Assembly: GCF_009914755.1 (NCBI RefSeq)
Contig: NC_060933.1
Reading direction: 5' to 3' (one strand)
Source: the human T2T-CHM13v2.0 reference genome, Homo sapiens
Length of the DNA: 64,000 nt
Below are positions 56,091-64,000 of the stretch, one piece after another (within the stretch, counting starts at the first letter, position 1; the number at the start of each line of letters is the position of its first letter). The notes under the pieces were generated by a model. The model was not told the origin of the DNA. It saw only the letters and a list, made by a program, of their open reading frames with translations, and made no database searches. The position numbers and the translations under genes are program-made.

Positions 56091-59000
56091 CATTTAATTC
56101 CATTCCATTGCAATCGAGCTGAATCCATTCCATTCCATTCCATTCTATTCCATTCCATTCCATTCCATTCTGGATGATTCCATTCCATTGCATTCCATTC
56201 CATTAAATTCCCCTGCACTCGTGTTTATTCCATTCCATTCCATTCCATTCCATTCCATTCCATTCCATTCCGGATGATTCCATTCCATTGCATTCCATTC
56301 CATTCCGTTCCCCTGCAATCGGGTTCATTCCATTCCATTCCATTCCATTCCATTCCGTTCCTTTCCATTCCATTCCATTCTATTGGGGTTAATTCCAATC
56401 CATTCCATTCCATTACATTTTATTGCAATCGAGTTAATTCCATTCCATTCCATTCCATTCCGAATGATTCCATTCAATTGCATTCCATTCCATTCCATTC
56501 CCCTGCACTCGGGTTGATTCCATTCCATTCCATTCCATTCCGTTCCATTCCATTCCATTCCATTCTATTCGGGTTAATTCCATTCCATTCCATTCCATTC
56601 CATTCCATTCCATTCCATTCCATTGCAATTGAGTTGATTCCATTCCATTCCATTCCATTCCATTCCAGTTCTTTCCATTCCATTCCACTCGGGTTGATTC
56701 CATTCTATTAGTTTCCATTCCATTCCATTCCCTTCGACTCCACTGTGGTTTATTCCATTCCTTTCCTTTCCACTCGAATACATTCCCTTCTATTCCACTC
56801 GGAATGATTCCATTCCATTCCATTCCTTTCCATTCCATTCCAGTCCATTCCATTCCATTCCATTCCACTGTGGTTGATTCCATTCCTTTCCATTCCATTC
56901 TGGTAGAATCCATTCCATTCCATTCCATTCCATTCCATTCCATTCCATTCCACTCCATTCCATTACATTTGGATTGATTCTATTCAGTTCCCTTACACTC
57001 CATTACATTCCATTCCGTGCGGGTAGTTTCCATTCCATTCAATTCCATTCCACTCCATTCCATTGTACTTGGGTTGATTCCATTCCATTCCATTCCATTC
57101 CATTCCATTCCATTCCATTCCATTCCTTTCCGGATGATTCCATTCCATTGCATTCCATTCCATTCCATTCCCCTGCACTCGTGTTGGTTCCATTCCATTC
57201 CATTCCATTCCATTCCATTCCATTCCATTCCAGTCCTTTCCATTCCATTCCACTCGGGTTGATTCCATTCTATTAGTTTCCATTCCATTCCATTCCCTTC
57301 CATTCCACTTTGGTTGATTCCATTCCTTTCCATTCCACTCGAATACATTCCCTTCTATTCCACTCGGAATGATTCCATTCCATTCCATTAAATTCCATTA
57401 CATTCCATTCCATTCCATTCCATTCTATTCCATTCCATTCCATTCCATTCCATGCCATTCAACTCGGGTCGATTCCATTCCTTTCCATTTTATTCGCTTT
57501 GAATCCATTCCATTCCATTCCATTCCATTCCATTCCATGCCATTGCTCTAGGGTTGAATCCATTCCATTGCATTCAATTGCATTCCATTCCATTCCATTG
57601 CGTTCCATTCCATTCCATTACATTCGGATTGATTCTATTCAATTCCCTTACACTCCATTGCATTCCATTCCATTCGGGTTGTTTCCATTCCATTCCATTC
57701 CATTCCACTCCATTCCATTGCACTCGGGTTGATCCAATTGCATTGCATTCCATTCCATTCCATGCCATTCCATTCCGGATGATTCCATTCCATTGCATTC
57801 CATTCCATTCCACTCCTCTGCACTCGGGTTGATTCCATTCCATTCCATTCCGTTCCATTCCATTCAATTCTATTCGGGTTAATTCCATTCCATTCCATTC
57901 CATTCTATTCCATTCCATTCCATTGCAATCGAGCTGATTCCATTCCATTCCATTCCATTCCATTCCATTCCATTCCATTCCATTCCATTCCATTCCATTC
58001 CGGATGATTCCATTCCATTGCATTCCATTCCATTCCATTCCCCTGCACTCGGGTTGATTCCATTCCATTCCATTCCATTCCTTTCCGTTCCATTCCATAC
58101 CATTCCATTCTATTCGGGTTAATTCCATTCCATTCCATTCCATTCCATTGCAATCGAGTAGATTCCATTCCATTACATTCCATTCAATTCCATTCCATTC
58201 CAGTCCTTTCCATTCCATTCCACTCGGGTTGATTCCATTCTATTAGTTTCCATTCCAATCCATTCCCTTCCATTCCACTCTGGTTGATTCCATTCCTTTC
58301 CATTCCACTCGAATACATTCCCTTCTATTCCACTCGGACTGATACCATTCCATTCCATTCCATTCCATTCCATTCCATTCCATTCAATTCCATTCCGTTC
58401 CATTCCATTCTATGCCGTACCTTTCCATTCCATTCCATTCCATTCCATGCCATTCCACTCGGGTTGATTCCATTCCTTTCCATTCCATTCCACTCCATTC
58501 CATTCCGTTGCACTAGGGTTGAATTCATTCCATTGCATTCCATTCCATTCCATTCCATTCCTTTCCATTCCATTCCATTACATTCGTATTGATTCTATTC
58601 AATTCCCTTACACTCCATTGCATTCCATACCATTCGGGTTGTTTCCATTCCATTCCATTCCATTCCACTGGGGTTGATTCCATTCCGTTCCATTCCATTC
58701 GCGTTGAGTCCATTCCATTCCATTCCATTCCATTCCATTCCATTCCATTCCACTCCATTCCTTTACATTTGGATTGATTCTGTTCAGTTCCCTTACACTC
58801 CATTACATTCCATTCCGTTTGGGTAGTTTCCATTCCATTCCATTCCATTCCACTCCATTCCGTTGCACTCGGGTTGATTCCATTCCATTCCATTCCATTC
58901 CATTCCATTCCATTCCATTCCTTTCCGGATGATTCCATTCCATTGCATTCTATTCCATTCCATTCCCCTGCACTCGGGTTGAATCCATTCTATTCCATTC

Positions 59001-62000
59001 CATTCCATTCCATTCCTTTCCATTCCATTCCATTCCATTCTTTTCGGGTTAATTCCATTCCATTCCATTCCATTCCATTCCATTCCATTGCAAACTAGTT
59101 GATACCATTCCATTCCATTCCATTCCATTCCATTCCATTCCAGTCCTTTCCATTCCATTCCACTCTGGTTGATTCCATTCTATTCCTTTCCATTCCATTC
59201 CATTCCCTTCCATTCCACTCTGGTTGATTCCATTCCTTTCCATTCCACTCGAATACATTCCCTTCTATTCCACTCGGAATGATTCCATTCCATTCCATTA
59301 AATTCCATTCCATTCCATTCCGTTCCATTCCACTCTATTCCATTCCATTCCATTCCATTCCATGCCATTCAACTCGGGTCGATTCCATTCCTTTCCATTC
59401 CATTCGCGTTGAATCCATTCCATTCCATTCCATTGCACTAGGGTTGAATCCATTCCATTGCATTCCATTCCATTCCATTCCATTCCATTCCATTCCATTC
59501 CGTTCCGTTCCATTCCATTCCATTACATTCGGATTGATTCTATTCAATTCCCTTACACTCCTTCGCATTCCGTTCCATTCGGGTTGTTTCCATTCCTTTC
59601 CATTCCATTCTATACCGTACCATTCCATTCCATTCCATTCCATTCCATGCCATTCCACACGGGTTGATTCCATTACTTTCCATTCCATTCGGGTTGAATC
59701 CATTCCATTCCATTCCATTCCATTCCATTAGATTCCGTTGCACTAGGGTTGAATCCAGTCCATTGTATTCCATTCCATTCCATTCCATTCCTTTCCATTC
59801 TTTCCATTACATTCGTATTGATTCTATTCAATTCCCTTACACTCCATTGCATTCCATACCATTCGGGTTGTTTACATTCCATTCCATTCCATTCCACTAG
59901 GGTTGATTCCATTCCTTTCCATTCCATTCGGGTTGAATCCATTCCATTCCATTCCATTCCATTCCATTCCATTCCATTCCACTCCATTCCATTACATTTG
60001 GATTGATTCTATTCAGTTCCCTTACACTCCATTACATTCCGTTCCGCTAGGGTAGTTTCCAATCCATTCCATTCCATTCCACTCCATTCCATTGCACTCG
60101 GGTTGATTCCATTCCATTCCATTCCATTCCATTCTATTCCTTTCAGGATGATTCCATTCCATTGCATTCCATTCCATTCCATTACCCTGCACTCCTGTAG
60201 ATTCCATTCCATTCCATTCCATTCCATTCCATTCCATTCCATTCCATTCCGTTCCATTCCATTCCATTCCATCCTATTCGGGTTAATTCCATTCCATTCC
60301 ATTCCATTCCATTCCATTCCAGTCCTTTCCATTCCATTCCACTCTGGTTGATTCCATTCTATTCCTTTCCATTCCATTCCATTCCCTTCCATTCCACTCT
60401 GGTTGATTCCATTCCTTTCCATTCCACTCGAATACATTCCCTTCTATTCCACTCGGAATGATTCCATTCCATTCCATTAAATTCCATTGCATTCCATTCC
60501 GTTCCATTCCATTCTATTGCATTGCATTCCATTCCATTCCATGCCATTCAACTCGGGTCGATTCCATTCCTTTCCATTCCATTCGCGTTGAATCCATTCC
60601 ATTCCATTCCATTGCACTAGGGTTGAATCCATTCCATTGCATTCCATTCCATTCCGTTCCATTCCATTCCATTACATTCGGATTGATTCTATTCAACTCC
60701 CTTACTCTCCATTACATTCCATTCCATTCGGGTTGTTCCATTCCATTCCATTCCATTCCACTCCATTCCATTGCACTCGGGTTGATTCAATTGCATTCCA
60801 TTCCATTCCATTCCATTCTATTCCGTACCATTCCATTCCATTCCATTCCATTCCATTCCATTCCATTCCATTCCATTCCATGCCATTCCACTCGGGTTGA
60901 TTCCATTCCTTTCCATTCCATTCGGGATGAATCCATTCCATTCCATTCCATTCCATTCCATTCCATTCCATTCCGTTGCACTAGGGTTGAATCCAGTCCA
61001 TTGCATTCCATTCCATTCCATTCCATTCCTTTCCATTCCATTCCATTCCATTCCGTTCCATTCCATTCCATTACATTCGGATTGATTCTATTCAATTCCC
61101 TTACACTCCATTGCATTCCATTCCATTCGGGTTGTTTCCATTCCATTCCATTCCATTCCACTCCATTCCATTGCACTCGGGTTGATTCAATTGCATTCCA
61201 TTCCATTCCATTCCATTCCATTCCATTCCATTCCATTCCATTCCATTCCGGATGATTCCATTCCATTGCATTCCATTCCATTCTATTCCCCTGCACTCGG
61301 GTTGATTCCATTCCATTCCATTCCATTCCATTCCGTTCCATTCCATTCCATTCTATTCGGGTTAATTCCATTCCACTCCATTCCATTCCATTCCATTCCA
61401 TTCCATTTAATTCCATTCCATTGCAATCGAGCTGATTCCATTCCATTCCATTCCATTCTATTCCATTCCATTCCATTCCATTCCATTCTGGATGATTCCA
61501 TTCCATTGCATTCCATTCCATTAAATTCCCCTACACTCGTGTTTATTCCATTCCATTCCGTTCCATTCCATTCCATTCCATTCCATTCCATTCCATTCCG
61601 GATGATTCCATTCCATTGCATTCCATTCCATTCCGTTCCCCTGCAATTGGGTTGATTCCATTCCATTCCATTCCATTCCATTCCGTTCCATTCCATTCCA
61701 TTCCATTCTATTGGGGTTAATTCCAATCCATTCCATTCCATTACATTTTATTGCAATCGAGTTAATTCCATTCCATTCCATTCCATTCCGGATGATTCCA
61801 TTCCATTGCATTCCATTCCATTCCATTCCCCTGCACTTGGGTTGATTCCATTCCATTCCATTCCATTCCATTCCATTCCAGTTCTTTCCATTCCATTCCA
61901 CTCGGGTTGATTCCATTCTATTAGTTTCCATTCCATTCCATTCCCTTCCAATCCACTCTGGTTGATTCCATTCCTTTCCTTTCCACTCGAATACATTCCC

Positions 62001-64000
62001 TTCTATTCCACTCGGAATGATTCCATTCCATTCCATTCGTTTCCATTCCATTCCAGTCCATTCCATTCCATTCCAGTCCACTGGGGTTGATTCCATTCCT
62101 TTCCATTCCATTCGGGTTGAATCCATTCAATTCCATTCCATTACATTCCATTCCATTCCATTCCATTCCGTTCCATTCCATTGCATTCCATTCTATTCGG
62201 GTGAATTCCATTCCATTCCATTCCATTCCATTCCATTCCATTCCATTCCATTCCATTGCAATCGAGTTGATTCCATTCCATTCAATTCCATTCCATTCCA
62301 TTCCATTCCATTCCTGTGGTTTCCATTCCATTACACTCGGGTTGATTCCATTCTATTAGTTTCCATTCCATTCCATTCACTTCCATTCCACTCTGGTTGA
62401 TTCCATTCCTTTCCATTCCACTCGAATACATTCCCTTCTATTCCACTCGGAATGATTCCATTCCATTCCATTCCATTCCATTCCATTCCGTTCCATTGCA
62501 TTCCATTTCGTTCCATTCCATTCTATTCCGTACCATTCCATTCCATTCCATTCCATTCCATGCCATTCCACTCTGGTTGATTCCATTCCTTTCCATTCCA
62601 TTCGGGTTAAAGCCATTCCATTCCATTCCATTCCATTCCATTCCAATCCGTTGCACTAGGGTTGAATCCATTCCATTGTATTCCATTACATTCCATTCCA
62701 TTCCGTTCCATTCCATTCCATTACATTCGGATTGATTCTATTCAATTCCCTTACACTCCATTGCATTGCATTCCATTCGGGTTGTTTCCATTCCATTCCA
62801 TTCCATTCCACTCCATTCCATTGCACTCGGGTTGATTCAATTCCATTCCATTCCATTCCATTCCATTCCATTCCATTCCATTCCGGATGATTCCATTCCA
62901 TTGCATTCCATTCCATTCCGTTCCCCTTCACTCGGGTTGATTCCATTCCGTTCCATTCCATTCCATTCCGTTCCATTCCATTCCATTCTCTTCGGGTTAA
63001 TTCCATTCCATTCCATTCCATTCCATTCCTTTCCCTTTAATTCCACTCCATTGCAATCGAGCTGATTCCATTCCATTCCATTCCATTCCATTTAATTCCA
63101 TTCTATTCCATTCCATTCCATTCCATTCTGGATGATTCCATTCCATTGCATTCCATTCCATTAAATTCCCCTGCACTCGTGTTGATTCCATTCCATTCCA
63201 TTCCATTCCATTCCATTCCGGATGATTCCATTCCATTGCATTCCAATCCATTCTGTTCCCCTGCACTCGGGTTGATTCCATTACATTCCATTCCATTCCA
63301 TTCCGTTCCATTCCATTCCATTCTATTCTATTGGGGTTAATTCCATTCCATTCCATTTCATTGCAATCGAGTTAATTCCATTCCATTCCATTCGATTCCG
63401 GATGATTCCATTCCATTGCATTCCATGCCATTGCATTCCCCTGCACTCGGGTTGATTCCATTCCATTCCATTCCATTCCATTCCATTCCTTTCCATTCCA
63501 TTCCGCTCTTGTTGATTGCATTCTATTAGTTTCCATTCCATTCCATACCCTTCCATTCCACTCTGGTTTATTCCATTCCTTTCCATTCCACTCGAATACA
63601 TTCCCTTCTATTCCACTCGGATTGATTCCATTCCATTCCATTCCATTCCATTCCATTCCATTCCAATCCGTTCCATTCCATTCTATTCCGTACCATTCCA
63701 TTCCATTCCATTCCATTCCATGCCATTCCACTCGGGTTGATTCCATTCCATTCCATTCCATTCGGGTTGAATCCATTCCATTCCAATCCATTCCAATCCG
63801 TTGCACTAGGGTTGAATCCATTCCCTTGCATTCCATTCCATTCCATTCCATTCCATTCCATTCCTTTCCATTCCATTCCATTACATTCGGATAGATTCTA
63901 TTCAAATCCCTTTCACTCCATTGCATTCCATTCCATTCGGGTTGTTTCCATTCCATTCCATTCCATTCCACTCCATTCCATTGCACTCGGGTTGATTCAA

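Larger units (their letters stand above)
1..64000 (+). repeat. Human satellite 3 (HSat3 / Satellite III) pericentromeric tandem array, (CATTC)n orientation on + strand
   Basis: Continuous CATTC pentamers from first to last base, interspersed with ACTCGGGTTG, ATTCGGGTTA, ACTCGTGTTG, ACTCGCGTTG and AATCGAGTTG decamers, the classical Sat III signature. It is not dominated by the CATTCGATTC-rich units of HSat2. No non-satellite insert seen. Chromosome/subfamily assignment (e.g. 9q12-type) is plausible from the CAAC(C/A)CGAGT interruptions but cannot be proven by eye. Confidence 0.97.
43441..64000 (+). repeat. HSat3 sub-domain B
   Basis: Diagnostic motifs: AATCGAGCTGATTCC (first at ~43460), GAATACATTCCCTTCTATTCCACTCGGAATG, GCACTAGGGTTGAATCC, GGGTTGATTCAATTGC, 10-bp CGGGTTGTTTCC, CATTAAATTCC, GCAAACTAGTTGATACC, TTCTGGATGATTCC. 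Confidence 0.85.

Noticed and set aside
15407-62208. Rare EcoRI sites (15407, 18891, 58521, 62203) as higher-order repeat markers
   Set aside because: They lie in different sequence contexts and are independent point variants with no shared periodicity.
5931-63283. DUX4-like TGATTCCATTA matches (5931, 14644, 19351, 25414, 59665, 63273)
   Set aside because: Each is one substitution from the ubiquitous TGATTCCATTC, they are few, and three are copies of the same block. Expected by chance.
96-63986. Hundreds of ORFs (up to 332 aa at 7450-8448) in all six frames
   Set aside because: Neither (CATTC)n nor (GAATG)n contains a stop codon, so long overlapping IPFHS/MEWNG ORFs are expected. There are no domains, no frame preference and no gene structure.
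1-64000. CRISPR-like appearance (conserved CTCGGGTTGATTCC motif separated by variable-length stretches)
   Set aside because: The 'spacers' are themselves CATTC runs, not unique sequences. There is no leader or cas gene, and this is the known Sat III decamer interruption.
1-64000. Inversions or embedded transposons (Alu, L1, HSat1, alpha satellite)
   Set aside because: No GGAAT runs on the + strand, no poly-A tails and no stretch of non-pentamer-derived sequence beyond about 30 bp was seen.

Overview
The whole 64 kb is classical human-type satellite 3 (HSat3/Sat III). It consists of diverged (CATTC)n pentamers on the + strand (GGAAT on the - strand), punctuated by the decamers A(C/T)TCG(G/T/C)GTTG, the reverse complement of the Sat III 'CAAC(C/A)CGAGT' interruption. 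I saw no strand switch, Alu/L1, RNA gene or credible protein-coding gene. All listed ORFs are IPFHS/MEWNG pentapeptide read-throughs of the repeat. The array has internal structure. (i) It switches abruptly at about 43.4 kb between two sequence sub-domains with different diagnostic motifs. (ii) The left domain is a shuffled patchwork of 0.5-4 kb blocks plus tandem duplications of 64 bp to about 3.6 kb. The right domain has a near-perfect 1.5 kb tandem duplication and about 9 kb-offset paralogy. (iii) About 21 perfect three-unit heat-shock elements (nTTCnnGAAnnTTCn) occur in the left domain and I saw none in the right. I found no novel gene system; the best lead is this domain-restricted HSE lattice. 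All coordinates and counts were read by eye, and block edges are approximate because they fall in pure pentamer runs.
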